Assembly (NCBI GenBank): GCA_951406725.2
Contig: OX597833.1
Location: 65,224,001 to 65,288,000 of the forward strand
DNA from: Octopus vulgaris
Taxonomy: Eukaryota
DNA length: 64,000 bases
Direction of reading: 5' to 3'
In this document: positions 15,985 through 30,648 of the stretch, piece after piece
Numbering within the stretch: the stretch's first letter is position 1
How the letters are laid out: the number at the start of each line of letters is the position of its first letter
Position numbers and translations under genes: made by a program
The notes under the pieces: model-generated
Told to the model about the DNA's origin: nothing
Seen by the model: the letters and a program-made list of their open reading frames with translations, nothing else
Database searches by the model: none

Positions 15985-17351
15985 CACACTCGCACAGATG
16001 CTTACATATGTATATGCGTATGTATGGCTGGATGTATATATGTATATATGTATGTCTTCCGTAAAACGTAAATGTTCGTATGTGTGTGTGTGTGGATGTG
16101 TTGAATGCCTATGTATCTCTATGTATAATACAATACATTATATTACAACATATATTGTATTATACATACGTGAATGCTTTTGTATATGTCCATGCGTAGC
16201 CATTGTTTTCTACTTTGCAAAATATTTTATAAGTTGGTTTCATAAAATGAGAGAAGCATTGCTTTTTCTAGTTTTTTGAAATTTTATTTTTTGGGTTTTT
16301 GTTTTTTCAAGAATAGAATAACGCATTTATTATACATTCCAACACAATCCAATAAAACGTTTCCTAACAGATACCTTTGAACCCTTCATATATTTATTCA
16401 TTCATTCACAACTACGGGTTTGAAGTTTAGTTTCGTACAAAGAAAGGAAGCAATATTAAACCAAACAACAAAGAATTCTTTTTTGTTGTTGCAGTTCTCT
16501 GTATGGAAGTCACGAAATTAATTCCCTCCAATAGTTTTCTTTTAATTGCATTAGCAACGTCAAGGAATTTTATTTTTTACATAAAAAAAAAACCAAAAAC
16601 ACAAACTTTAGATCGTCAGAGTTAAACTCTCAATCCATTTATTAATGGTAACTAATTCAAAGAAGGATCATAGTGTTTCATAACCTTACGTGGTTTAACC
16701 CTCTCTGAACCACTTTTCAAAATTAATTTCATTTGGTCACAATATGTTCGAGTTTACAAAGATGGAAATTTCCTGAAAGCGTTCGTTCTTGCTGAAATAA
16801 ATGATGTTTTACATATAAAATAACTAAAATATGTCCCTTAAGTTGTAATATAATTTCGCTGTGTACTTCAAAAGTATAATCGGCTTTACATTTGAGATAA
16901 TCGAGTTTTCCTACTTTCATATAATACTGTGAACATGAAAAGTTGTATGAAATGATGGTACACAAAAAGCAAATTATTGTTGGATGACAGAAATTGTAGC
17001 GTTTCATTCAACTTACTGAATATTGTTTATGAATTGATGGAATTTTATATAAACAGCTAATGACTACTTTTTTGGTCTCTAGCAGTACTTCATAACTGAA
17101 TGATATTATTCTGTTCATAGGTGGGTGTACAATATTGTGGACGGGAAATAAAGCGGTAAAAATTAACACGAAATAGCTGGGCGTTGTAATGGCGAACATC
17201 AAACATCGCAGCTCATTAGTTTTCATGAGTTTATATACAATGCTGGAAAAAATAAGAAGATCTCAACTTCTCCAAGGGATGCAAACACAGACAAAAACGC
17301 AAATCTATCCTCGTTTATCGAGGATTTTATTCAAAATATAACATACTAAGC

Positions 17352-17636
17352 GGAGGCGCAATGGACCAGCGGTTAGGGCAGTGGACTCGCGGTTTCGACT
17401 CCCAGGGCGGGCGTTGTGTGTTTATTGAGCGAAAACAACTAAAAGCCCAACGAGGCCCCTGCAAGGGCTAGTGGTGACCCCTGTTGTATTCTTTCGCCAC
17501 AACTTTCTTTCACTCTCTCTTCCTGTTTCTTGAGTAACGCTGAGATGGACTGGCGTCCCGTCCAGCTGGAGGGAACACATACGCCACAGAAACCGGGAAA
17601 CCGGGCCCATGAGACTGGGTAGGCTTGAAAACGGCG
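17352..17636 (+). mobile_element. tRNA(Arg)-like-headed SINE, group C (resembles octopus OR-type SINEs)
   Basis: GGAGGCGCAATGG.C.AG.GGTTAGG A-box, GGTTTCGACTCCC B-box, tail GATGGACTGGCGTCCCGTCCAG...GAAACCGG; head shared with 28649-28954. Confidence 0.8.
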
Positions 17637-17890
17637 AAAAAAATAAACATAAAAAATATAAATAAAAACAAACTATCATACTAAACGTATCGGCGACAAA
17701 TGAATAATAGTACATACAGGAGCAGTAGGTTTACTTCCGGGAGCCTCAAGTTATTCTGAGCATTGTGGGACGTCGGTGAGAGTAATAATTTGGTATTATA
17801 AGAGCTCTCCTTCTGATGAGTGAGAGAACATACGAATTAATATTTCCTTATAATTCTTTTTTCCCCCTTATATTAAATTTCTAACAGGTG

Positions 17891-18010
17891 TACGAGGAAG
17901 TACCCAAAATGACTAGAAAGCTTCTCTGTGGGACAAGCCAGTTGTAGTTCAGCCTTCAGCCGCAAGGAGTCACTTGATGCGAACATTTAGGCATCAGTCT
18001 GCGAACCGAT
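17891..18010 (+). mobile_element. Possible decayed mariner-type terminal inverted repeat end
   Basis: TACGAGGAAGTACCCAAAATGACTAGAA resembles mariner TA+CGAGG..GTACCCAAAA termini; no second TIR or transposase seen. Confidence 0.3.
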
Positions 18011-18619
18011 ATGGAAATTATAAGATATGGAAATCTGTCGAACCATTAGAAATGACTTGTAGTTTTAGTTTGTTATCTAAATATACGACTTTACTACTAG
18101 TCCTTTTCGTAAGTAGGAGAATGAGGGTTACTTGCTTTCTGGTGATTTCTCAACGGGTCGTGAAACGTATCTGGGCAATCTCCTTTATTTTCTACGCCTA
18201 AAAGGAATGTGACAATTTATAGTCTGACTCGCTTCAACGATAGGCTCCAAAACTCCATTTTCATCTTCTGTGTGTATATGTATTTGTTTGTGAAGAGGGA
18301 TATAGAGGGAGGGAGAGAGAGAAAAAGAAATAGATATGATGGAATGGATGACAAAATAACAGCAATTTTGTAATTAACTTAAGTATGTTTCTGCCATAAT
18401 AAGTATTGCACTCAGAGCTTGGTGCTCTTACCACAACCATTAGTTTCCTGGAAGTCATTCAAATGATGTTAATGTTTATTGCAGAAGGTATTTAAATTGA
18501 AAGAGAGAGTGCGAGAGAGAGAGAGAGAGAGAGAGAGAGCAAGAGAGAGAGAGAGATAGACTTACAGAGACAAGCAGACAGAAAGGCAGGCAGGCAATCA
18601 GACAGACAAGCAGATTGAT

Positions 18620-18652
<33 letters not shown>

Positions 18653-18919
18653 CATACATACATACATACATACATACATACATACATACATACATACATA
18701 CATTATGGCTGCCCCCTCGTTATCGAGTATGGCCATTGCACGAAGCTCAACTGTTACTGATGCTGTGATCGAATTTGACTTTTTAACCCAGCTAAAGATC
18801 TACAATATCTTGTACAAAATTGGCAACTAAAACCTTAACCGGTAATAGCCGGCTGTAGTTGTGACTGGGCTTCATGTACCTTTGCAAAGGTACATACATA
18901 CATAAATACATACATACAT

Positions 18920-19895
18920 AAACAGACAGCCCATATGTTGTTGGCAGTCACAAGGTACCTTGAATTGAGTATTGATTTCAAGAGAGGTTGGAGGCGCTTG
19001 AAATATGCAGTGATGCAAGATATTGTTCAGCTCCAGGATCCCAAGGTACTTGTTCGCTTCATCATCCGGGTCTTCCATTGTCTTTCCGTTTGGCAATTCT
19101 ATGCCCCTACAATTTACTCTTTTCCTCCACTTCAAATTATGCACCGCACACTTCGAGATACAGAATTCTATACCTATATCCTTGCTGCATATTATCAGTC
19201 TCTTCATCTCAGGCTCGGATTCTGCGAATAGTTCTAAATCATCCGTGAAGAGAAGGTGGCTGAGACGAGGTCCATTTTTCCTCTGTTAATAGCGCACGTT
19301 TATTTTTCGTAGGACTACAGAAAGTGGGATCAAGGCTATGATAAATAACAGAGGTGAACAAGAGTCTCCTTGCAAGATACCTCTTCTGATTGTTATCTCG
19401 ACTAAGCACTGGTTGATACAAGAAATACGTGTTTTCCACACATGCCGAGCATTTCCAAAATCCACGAATACGGCAACATGTCGCAAGACTTTTTGAAGTC
19501 TCTCCAGGCCATGCATAAGTTTTCTTGGTACTGTTTATAGTTCTTCATTATAACCTTGTCTGTCAGAAGGTGGTCCTTGGTGCCCTTGGATCCTTTTCGG
19601 CATCACTTTTGTTCTATTGGCAGTAAATTGTATTCCGCAAGGAACGTTTATATTTTCCCTGCGAAGGTGCCTGTTAATACCTTCCATAAGAGGTTAAGAG
19701 AAGCAATGGGTCAGCAGTTGCCAAGTTCATTGCCCTTTGACCGAACTATCATTAACAATGTTGTTCTTCCCTTTACCATCCACTCCGGAACTGCATCGCT
19801 CTGTAGGCATTTGACTAATTGCAACGCAATTCTCTCATGTATTGACGTAAGACACTAGCCAGTCGTCTTCAATTCCGTATAGTCCTGCCGTTTTC
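18920..19895 (-). mobile_element. R4/Dong-like (RLE-type) non-LTR retrotransposon, decayed RT fragment
   Basis: EQK*CRKGSKGTKDHLLTDK, AWRDFKKSCDMLPYSWI, RRGILQGDSCSPLLF, SHLLFTDDL, SKDIGIEFCISKCA, KYLGILE; stops and frameshifts; abuts (ATT)n. Confidence 0.85.
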
Positions 19896-19896
19896 A

Positions 19897-20100
<204 letters not shown>

Positions 20101-20807
20101 TTTCTTTTTATCACAGATTTTGTTGGAACTCTTGGAGTCTTGCATGCGTATTGGGCTTACTAACTGCACACTATGGTACCATGCACACCGTTCTTTTCAC
20201 CTATCTAATAGTTTTCTGAATATTTTTATTTAGCTCGCCGAAAGAACTCTGATAATGACCACAGAAATCAATTGTCTGCGTTATTGTCAGTGTTCTTTTG
20301 GCGATCTGAATAAGAGTTTTGACTGTTATTTCCAGCAGGTAGACCTACTTAGTATTCCTCTAATTAATTTTACTCCTTCAGCTATTTAATGCTTTTTGGG
20401 GCCTGCAATCGCCTATACTATTGATCCTGTTATTATTTTTAATCGTCACACTAGATAATAATAGAGTCAATAATATCTTCGCATATATTTACTCCTGAAT
20501 CATTTCCTCCATATTGACATTATTTTCTCACTGGTCACTGCTTTGATTTGGCGCAAAACGAATCAGTTGCAGCGCAGCCTTCAACGTGACGGGTTGGGTC
20601 CCTTTCATCGCGGCAATACGTGCTGAGGAAGGTTAGACTATAATTCCAGTCGAGAAACCGGGCCACGTGAGTCCAAGCACCTGAATGTATGTTCAAAGGT
20701 TGTCTTAACCTATTTGCTTGCAAACGGTTGATTTCTGTAGTTATTATCAGTGTTCTTTGGGCGGTCTAAATAAGAATTTTAACTCTTATTTCCAGCACGT
20801 AGACATA

Positions 20808-20959
<152 letters not shown>

Positions 20960-21071
20960 TACAGACACACATACACACACACACAAATAAATAAATAAAT
21001 ATATATATATATATATATACAAAATAAGAAAATGGAGAAATAGATCGAAATCAAATATCAATTATCAAATA

Positions 21072-21127
<56 letters not shown>

Positions 21128-21209
21128 ATGTACGTATATGTATATATAACTGTGTATGCATCTATCTAGGTACAGAGGTAAAGAAAGAGCAATTAGAGCA
21201 TTTTCGTAA

Positions 21210-21311
<102 letters not shown>

Positions 21312-21703
21312 ATTATATATACGTAAATATATATACATATGTATGTGAGCTTATATCGTTATTAGCATTGCTATTATTATTAGCATTATTGTTATTAATA
21401 TCACTGTAGGTATTTTCAATATAGATGGTTAGTAATTTAGCCAATTAGCACTAATTACTAGTGCGTAGTTTTCATTCATAAATATCCCACAGCCTATCTA
21501 TTAATTATCACTTTTCCCCATTATATAAAATGACAAAATTAAAGAAAAAAACGGGAAATTGCCAGTTTTTCATTTTAAAAAATTATGTTGCTATGGAAAC
21601 TGATTTAGAAAAATTAGTGTGTTTAGTTTTGAAAGAAAATGCACAACTCATTTCAGTAAAGGGGAGAAAAGCTAGCAAGGGTGGGGGATGGAATTAAAAT
21701 GAC

Positions 21704-22458
<755 letters not shown>

Positions 22459-22857
22459 CTGACGTAATCTTTAGATATAGTGAAGGAGGTGAACGTACAG
22501 AATCGGTTGAGCATCGAAAAAATGCTTTTCGATATTTGTTCCTAGATTTTTCTCTTTGGATTGCCAATCCATCGAGATTCAACATTGCTTTTCATCCTTT
22601 TGGAAGTCGATAAAATAATACCTATCGTATATTCGCCGCGTTGTTATCGACCAATCTCATCCAAAATGCAAGGCCTTGTTACTAAGGCAGGGACCTCTAC
22701 TGAAAATAAAATGTATTACCTCAGAGGTTAAGCATTTCGTTTTCCCTCTTTCTGGTTCTAAGTTAAAATCCCTTCGGATATAGAGATGTTATTCCACCAA
22801 TGTTCTTTACTCTTTACCAATTTTGCGGCCAGATCATTAAGCCTTTTTTCTGTCTCC

Positions 22858-22885
22858 CTGAAGAAGGCAAAATGTGCGAAACGTT
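22858..22885 (+). ncRNA. Isolated hammerhead core remnant
   Basis: CTGAAGA-AG-GCA-AAATG-TGC-GAAA-CG-TT; stem I no longer pairs. Confidence 0.35.
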
Positions 22886-23248
22886 AAACTCCACTTGTAA
22901 TTTTACGGATGGAGGGCCTAGCAGTAGTGGGGAAGTTGAAATAAAAGCAAAGAAAATATTTTAGAAAGTAAGGAAAAATACCGAGAAGGAGTTTGTAATT
23001 AGCAATCAAGAAATTAAATGAGGAGAGATATTGTTGGTTTAATACATATATTAAAGTCAATAATCCTGATGTAAAATAAATTCTGAGACGTGGTTGTGAG
23101 GTATGGAAGGTTGCTATCCAGCCATGTCGTCTTGGGTTCAGTCCCACTACTGAATATCTGGCGCAATTAAAGTATTTTGGATTGATTTGGTTGAAAGAAA
23201 CTAAAAGAAGACCTTCGCATTTATGTATATATATATATATATATATAT

Positions 23249-23480
23249 TGGTAAGAACGGTAAGATAACAAAAGAAAGAAAGATACCTCAATATTATGTA
23301 AATAGAGGAAATTTATCTTTAAAATAATATGTGACAATCATACAATAGCCAAGAAAAAACTCTGAGTTTCGGGTGCCGAGGTGGAAATCCACAACAACAT
23401 CTCTTCGGTTATCTGGCCATCTCATCCGACACTCAGAGTTTTATCTTCGCTATTGAATAATTGTCACATATTATTTTAAA
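23249..23480 (-). mobile_element. PLE terminal-repeat remnant with hammerhead motif and a 50-bp 5' inverted duplication
   Basis: Inverted arms 23318-23367 and 23431-23480; minus strand AGATAA-CCGAAGA-long stem II-GAAA-CTCAGAG-TT at 23352-23414; (TA)n on both sides. Confidence 0.7.
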
Positions 23481-23500
23481 CATATATATATATATATATA

Positions 23501-23714
23501 AAGTTAATCTAAAGATGAAAACACAAAGAGAAAACACAACAACGCGAGGACATGGAACAAATATTATATTATTGGACGTTCAGGAAGGAAGGGAAGAAGG
23601 AGGGCTTTACGTTTCGAGCGGAGCTCTTCGTGGGAAACATAGGAAAAGGAAAGATCCAGAGAAGGGAAGACAGAGGAAAAAAAATCGCCAATGGTACACA
23701 CGCGGTCACATTTT
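23501..23714 (-). mobile_element. PLE terminal-repeat remnant with mutated hammerhead
   Basis: GTTT-CCCACGA-A-GAGC-TCC-GCTC-GAAA-CG-TA-AAGC at 23604-23638; flanked by (TA)n. Confidence 0.65.
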
Positions 23715-25065
23715 ATATATATATATACAGATGTGTGTGTGGTAGGGAAAGAGAGAGTGTGTGCGTGTGTGTGTGTATGCGTATGTCTGTGTATTTCTAT
23801 TTGTACCTCACCACCGCTTGGCCTCCAATATTGGTTTGTTTATGTCCCTGTAACGAAGATGTTCACCAAGAAGAGACTAAAAGTATTCTGTCTCTACGTT
23901 ATATGCAGCAGATCTTGTTCCTCAACGGCAACGGATGTTCGTCTTGAGAGCCTCCAGGTTGGCCAACGCTTGACCAAAATATTACTAAAACCTTTCTCCA
24001 CCGCTCTTGAAAAACTTTAAATTTACAATCCTGTATCGGTATATTATTTTATCGATCACGGAGAGGATGAAAAGCAAATTTGACCTCTGTAAGATTTGAT
24101 CTCAGAACTTAAAAACCGGAACAAATAAAACACGACGTTTCGTCCGACGCTCACCACATTCCGCCATTACACCATTGATTTAATGAGCAACATAACCCCC
24201 ACACACAACGGTGGGAGATGCGATACCTTGTATTACTGTTGTTTTTCTTGCTTCTCCAAAGTAATAAATTACAGAGCAAAACAACCATAAAATCAGTTGC
24301 AGAAAGTAAGAATATAATGAAGTAGGTTTTCGGTTTTTTGTTACTTTTAATCCCTTATTTATTTATCTGTTTTTTTGTTTTTTTTTGCTGATCACACCAT
24401 GTGTTTCTTATTGCAGTAAGACTGTGAACTTCAATAAGTCTTCCGCCATTTTATGCTTGCTCTCACGCAATTTCAGCTGCGGTTATATCAACGATAATAA
24501 CATGACCAAACTTCGTCTTTTATTTCTTTTCACTCCTGTTCTACATATCAGTCAATACTTGAACGGTTCCACTGGTATATCGGTTGTTTGTTTGTTTGTT
24601 TGTTTTCTTTGTGTTTTTTTTTTTCTTTAACTTTCTGTGAGAGATGATTGCAAGCATCCAAGGCTCCAGTAAAATATCGGTTTTCTTTCCAATTTTTTTT
24701 ATCTTTTCTTATTTGTTTTTCTTTCTTTGCTTCTATGACAAAAAAAAATAATAAATTCCTGGCATTTTCGCTCAATCCTTCATTTCTTCTTTTCTAAAGG
24801 TACTCTGTAAGTGCTGTCAAAGAACCGTTCTCAGTCCGCAACTTGCAAAAACCAATACCGAGAAAGTGCGACAGATTGGGGACCGGTCGAAGGGTGAGAC
24901 AAAAGAATTAATCTCAGAATTTGATTAGCAATTTATTTATCGATCCTACAGGAATGAAAAGCAAACGTGACTTCAATAGGACTTGAACTCAGAGAGCAAT
25001 GAGTTAAGTGCATCACCTCAAGACATTCTTACCTGTTTTCCAACCGACTATTTCACAAGAATATT

Positions 25066-25276
25066 GGTTTCAAATTTTAGCACAAAGCCAGTAATTTCGG
25101 GGAGGGGTAACTCATTTCCATCGACCCCAGTGCTCAAATGGTACTTATTTTATCGATCCCCAAATGATGAAAGGCAAAGTCGATCTCGGCTGAATTGGAA
25201 CTCAGAACGTGAAGACGGACGAAATGACGCTAAGCATTTTTTTTCGGTGTGCTAACGACTCTGCCAGCTCGCCGCC
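25066..25276 (-). mobile_element. SINE group A, full length
   Basis: Clear head, central domain and GTGCTAAAATTTGAAACC tail. Confidence 0.9.
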
Positions 25277-25650
25277 TTACTACAACACAACAATATTTCC
25301 ACTCCAGCAAAGGAGCATTTACGTGATTTCTTGATTCGCTGGACATCGCAGTTATATATCCTCGAGATCAAACTGGAGTTTCGCATGTTAGAAAATAACT
25401 GTCATATTTCCGTCATATCTCACCCTACTCTCATTCAAAAACCCTTAAATGTACTCTGGTAGCTAGTTAATGTAAAGGAGAAAATTACACAACAGCATGA
25501 GTCAGACTCTGAGTCAAATTTTTCGACTGTGATCCACATGTTTCTGTCGTCCTCGTTGCTCAATCTGGCTCAATCTGAAGGTGTTTCAGGCAGTTCCAAC
25601 ACGATAGCAAATATCCCCGTGGGTCACCCACCAATGTGACCAACAAAACT

Positions 25651-25800
25651 CTTGGCAAAATCGTTAGCACGCGGGGCGAAAGGCTTAGCGGCACTTCTTC
25701 TGCCGCACGTCGGTGTAATCGATGTAACTGACTTAATCCCTTTGTCTGTCCTTGTTTGCCCCCTCTATGTTTATCCCCCAGTGGGCAATAAAGAAATAAA
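25651..25800 (+). mobile_element. SINE group A, internally deleted
   Basis: Head joined directly to the TTAATCCCTTTGTCTGTCCTTG...GTGGGCAATAAAGAAATA tail. Confidence 0.8.
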
Positions 25801-27332
25801 CAAAACCCCTGCACAACAGCACTAGTTAGACGTTGAGTCAGATTTTGCCACTCTGGGCCGCATGTTTCTGTCGTCCTCTGTGCTCGATCTTGCTGCACCA
25901 GTCCTTATTTCTCACGAACCAGATGTAATAGTTTTATTTCTCATCAGATTTCGTCAATTTTCCGGCATATTATGTGTTTTTGCGTGTGTTATGGTTGTTG
26001 CTTGTTATTTTATAGTCACTGCAAACCTATGATCAAAAGCATTCAATAACCACATGAATCTACAAAATCATCATCATCATCGTCATCTTCTCCTACTTGT
26101 TTTACTTCTTTTCTTCTTCATTCTTCTTCATTCTTCATCTTCTACTTCTTCTTCTTCTTCTCCTTCTCCTTTTTATCCTCCATTCCTTCTGCTCATCCTC
26201 CTCCTCCCTCTTCATTTCCTTCTCCTTCTTCCTCTTGTTCTCCTCTTCGCCCACCTCACCGTCCATCTGCTGCTGCTGCTACTACTACTACTACTACTAC
26301 TACTACTGCTACTACTACCACCGTTCTTTCAGCTGCTGCTGCTGCTGCCGCTGCTAAAACTTTTACTACTACTACTAATGTAGCTGATGCTGCTACTACT
26401 ATTACTACTACTACTACTAATACTACTACCACTACTACCAACACTGTTTTTCTTCCTCTCCACTTTCGTGCATCAGCAGTGATGGTCACCTATGCACGTA
26501 TCACAGGTTTCTCTTTTTTTTTATGAAATATCAATAAATTGATTCTACTTACCGCGTTAGTGCACGAAGTGATAAATAAATACACGAACCAACAAATAAA
26601 TAAATAAATAAATAAACAAACAAACAAATATGCGAATAAATAAATAGGTTTATCACACTAGTTTTAACTCTTTCATGCTGCTATCCACTTATAGCTAATA
26701 AAAGCAATACAATTCTTGGCTACTGGCACTACATGATAACAGCTTGATTGAAAGCAAGTAGAACGAAACACCGTCTCTCCTACATTCTCTGTTATATTGT
26801 TGTTGGTGTTGTTGACGTTGCTGTTTGTAATTTTGTGTTTTTTAATAGTATTGTAAAATAAAATTTTAATGGAAAAAAAACAAATACGATAAAACGACGC
26901 ATAACGTTGTGATAATAAATTAATTAACGAAAATGATGAAACGTGCGTAACAAAGCAGCGGTGATTACATTCGAAACACTAGTTCAATAGGAATATGCTT
27001 CCAAATATATCAGGATATTAGTGGATGCGTATGAGTTTATGTGTATCAGTGTGTGTATCAGTGTGCGTATGTGCGTATGAAAGAGAGAGATAACGAGAGA
27101 GAGAGAACGGTAGTATGTGTACTTATTGGTTGGTGCACGCTGCGGCGTCTCTATCTAATGTTTAGTGAACGAAACAGCCAAACAAAAAAAAAAAACAAGA
27201 CCAAAAGAAGATGCCATTCTACAAAGCTAAAATGGACACACGTTAACATAGTAATTAACAGAATCTCGTTACTGCACATATAAACAAATGATAAAGTTAG
27301 AATTATATAAATACATATCTATATATATAATA

Positions 27333-27379
<47 letters not shown>

Positions 27380-27557
27380 TACATATACATATATATATAC
27401 ATATATATGTATATATATACATATACACACATTACATACATATGTACGTATGTATATACAAACATACATAATTATGCATACATATATATATAAGTATACA
27501 TATATATAAGTATACACATATATATGTATACATATATACAATTATATATACACAAAG

Positions 27558-27593
<36 letters not shown>

Positions 27594-27614
27594 AATTATA
27601 TATATAATATATAT

Positions 27615-27692
<78 letters not shown>

Positions 27693-28221
27693 ATTTGATA
27701 TAACCAAAATAGTTGTTAAAAAACATGAAACTATGAAAAATTTAATGTATACCAAACTAGATAATAATCGTAAAACCAGTAACCAATTATTAGTTTTATA
27801 ACATGTGAGAACGAGATGAGAAAATTCTTCATTAAATTTGAAAATATTTATATAGCAATCGTTGCCATATCATATCATAAAAAAATCCGTTTATTATATC
27901 ATAATTTTGTTTCTTTTTATTTCATTTTAGTTTTTTTTCTTTTTGTTCTTATTCTTGTTCTTAAAGCAAATCGAGGTAATTTTAAATAAGACTAATGTTT
28001 TAATGAGTTTTATTAAATTTGTATCATTCGTAATGTTTTAATAATCGAATTAGACAATTATTAATTGCGTAACACGTGGATATCATGATAGAAAACTCTT
28101 CGTTTTCGGTAAGAATACACATATACCCATACACGCGCGCAAACACACACACACACCTGTGCGTGTGTATGTGTGTATACACACATACACGCATACATAC
28201 ATACATACATACATACATACA

Positions 28222-28280
<59 letters not shown>

Positions 28281-28489
28281 TGTTTTGATGCTGACGGATA
28301 GGTACATAGGTTATAAGAACAGACAAGCACATATACGCAAATGGAGACTGACACACTTAAACATATATACATACATACACATGCATGCAAACACACACAT
28401 ACATGCATACTTACATGCATGCATAGGCACACAAACACACTGACTCACACACATGCGCACAAACAAACAAAAAGAACGCAGCGTAAATA

Positions 28490-28630
28490 ACGTACAGGGT
28501 CAAGACTATTGTAAAGGTTGCAAGACGCAACGAAAATTTTAGGAAAATAAAAATAAGTGGAAATTTTAGCGGTGAGTGTGTTATATTATAAGGCACAAAA
28601 AGAAAATGACTCTCCCCATACGCAACAGTA
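28490..28630 (+). mobile_element. PLE-type remnant with hammerhead-like motif; same family as 49864-50045
   Basis: CTA-TTGTAAA-G-GTTGC-AAGAC-GCAAC-GAAA-AT-TT-TAG at 28506-28542; CGGTGAGTGTGTTA.ATTATAAGGCACAAAAAGAAAATGACTCTC shared with 49927-49971. Confidence 0.6.
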
Positions 28631-28648
28631 TATAAATATATATATATA

Positions 28649-28954
28649 TTCTTTCTTTCGTGATCGACCAGACCATCAAATGTTGTTACACATCGCTGGT
28701 CACAATGCGTTCGCATTGTTTTTTTAGCCTTCGAATGACGCCACCCCGCTGGCTAAGCGAGCAGGCCAACAGAAGAAAGAGTGGGAGAAAGAATGGTGAT
28801 AGAGTACAGCAGGGATCACCACCCCCTGCCGGAGGCTCGTGGAGCTTTTAGGTGTTTTCGCTCAATAAACACTCACAACGCCCGGTCTGGGAATCGAAAC
28901 CGCGATCCTGCGACCGCGAGTCCGCTGCCCTAACCACTAGGCCATTGCGCCTCC
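28649..28954 (-). mobile_element. SINE group C, full length, with a different tail from the 17352 copy
   Basis: Intact tRNA-like head GGAGGCGCAATGGCCTAGTGGTTAGGGCAGCGGACTCGCGG...GGTTTCGATTCCC. Confidence 0.85.
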
Positions 28955-29424
28955 ACATATATATATATATATACAAGGTAAATTTCGTGGTCGGGATACA
29001 TATTCGTAGCGGATACCGTATTCACTTTTACCTGTTAATAAGGCTCTCAGTAGAGAACAGCTCCAGGTAGTTTATTTGACCATCCTCAGAGGATCTTCAC
29101 ATCGGTAAATCCATATGTCGCTATAAAAACTGCTTTTTGTCGGTAGAGAAGAGACAATAAAGTATTGATAAGGAGAATAGAGATTCATATATACACTATT
29201 ATTCTGCGGTCAGTCACCTCTTTCCATTTCTGCACCCACATATGTTCCTACTGCAATTAACGTCAATATGCACACCAAAATGCGAAAGTTTGCATTGTAC
29301 ACTGAATCGCAGCAAAAACGTAGGCGTAGAAATGGAAAGACGTGATTGAGAGCAGAATAAAACTGGATAGAGAAATCGCTGTTATTTGTATTATTAATAA
29401 ATCTCATTATTATTATAACTAAAA

Positions 29425-29655
29425 GGCGGCGAGCTGGCAGAAACGTTAGCACGCCGGGCGAAATTCGTAGCCGTATTTCGTCTGTCGTTGCGTTCCGAGT
29501 TCAAATTCCGCCGAGGTCGACTTTGCCTTTCATCCTTTCGGGGTCGATAAATTAAGTACCAGTTACGCACTGGGATCGATGTAATCGACTTAATCCCTTT
29601 GTCTGTCCTTGTTTGTCCCCTCTGCGTTTAGCCCCTTGTGGGTAGTAAAGAAATA
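29425..29655 (+). mobile_element. SINE group A, cleanest full-length copy
   Basis: A-box-like TGGCAGAAACGTTAG, B-box GAGTTCAAATTCC, central GGTCGACTTTGCCTTTCATCCTTTCGGGGTCGATAAATTAAGTACCAG (from memory resembles the Meta domain); more than 15 homologues in the window. Confidence 0.9.
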
Positions 29656-29949
29656 TATATACATAGATATATGTTGTGTAATAACTGTATATAATATATA
29701 TTATCAAGTTACTTATTCTCCGATTTGAAGAGACAATATTTTAAATACAAACAAATGGCCAAAACGATGATGAGGACATCTCAGACTGAATCGAACCCAC
29801 AAATCGATACTTTCATGGCTCCTTGCGAATCTGATTGTCCAAACGCTCTCCCATCAATTTCAATCTATTTAGTACATATATACTTGAACTGTTTTGATAC
29901 TACATAAATAATATTTATACATACACACACACAAACGCTCACACACACA

Positions 29950-29998
<49 letters not shown>

Positions 29999-30073
29999 TC
30001 ACACACACATATATATATACATATACATATATATATATATATGTGCGTGTGTGGGTGTATGTGTGTATGTATG

Positions 30074-30188
30074 TTTGTCACCTCACCATCACTTGACAAC
30101 CGATGTTGGTGCGTTTACGCCCCAGTGACTTAGCGGTTCAGCAAAAGAGACCGATAGAATAAGTACTAGACTTACAAGAAATAAAACC
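30074..30188 (+). mobile_element. SINE group B, 3'-half fragment
   Basis: GACAACCGATG.TGGTG...CTTAGCGGTTC.GCAAAAGAGACCGATAGAATAAGTAC. Confidence 0.8.
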
Positions 30189-30207
30189 ACACAGACACAC
30201 ACACACA

Positions 30208-30255
<48 letters not shown>

Positions 30256-30256
<1 letters not shown>

Positions 30257-30430
30257 CCATGTTGAACCGTTAACCCCTACGCATTTTTCTCGCTCCATTT
30301 TTTCCTGCTAATCCTTTCCGTCGACGAGCGTAGGCCCGAAACTTTAAAGACTTTTCGAATTCTTCCCGAGCGTCAAACTAACCCACTCCCTTGTTCTTCA
30401 TCCGTCTTCATTCTTTTGTCTTCGTAAATC
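30256..30430 (+). mobile_element. PLE terminal repeat (family of 36683, 38908 and 51691), diverged
   Basis: CTTT-CCGTCGA-C-GAGC-GTAG-GCCC-GAAA...TAAAGAC at 30314-30349; follows (TA)n. Confidence 0.7.
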
Positions 30431-30613
30431 TGGGCCTTTTCACAATGGCCCATACTCGCAGCCACCCACATACTCAGACGAAAATGTGTCGTCTCTGATA
30501 TAGATAAATTGCAATAAATCCTTCACTGATGTTGCCAAGAGCTGCCCGGCTGAATAAAAATCCGATCCAAGCCACTGAGGTTGTAAAGAAGGAAAGTAAT
30601 AGAGAAAGAAATA

Positions 30614-30648
<35 letters not shown>

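Noticed and set aside
17813-17845. CTGATGA...GAAT hammerhead
   Set aside because: GAAA is broken and stems I and III do not pair; may be chance.
28880-28954. tRNA-Arg gene
   Set aside because: The tRNA-like sequence continues into a SINE body shared with 17352, so it is a SINE head.
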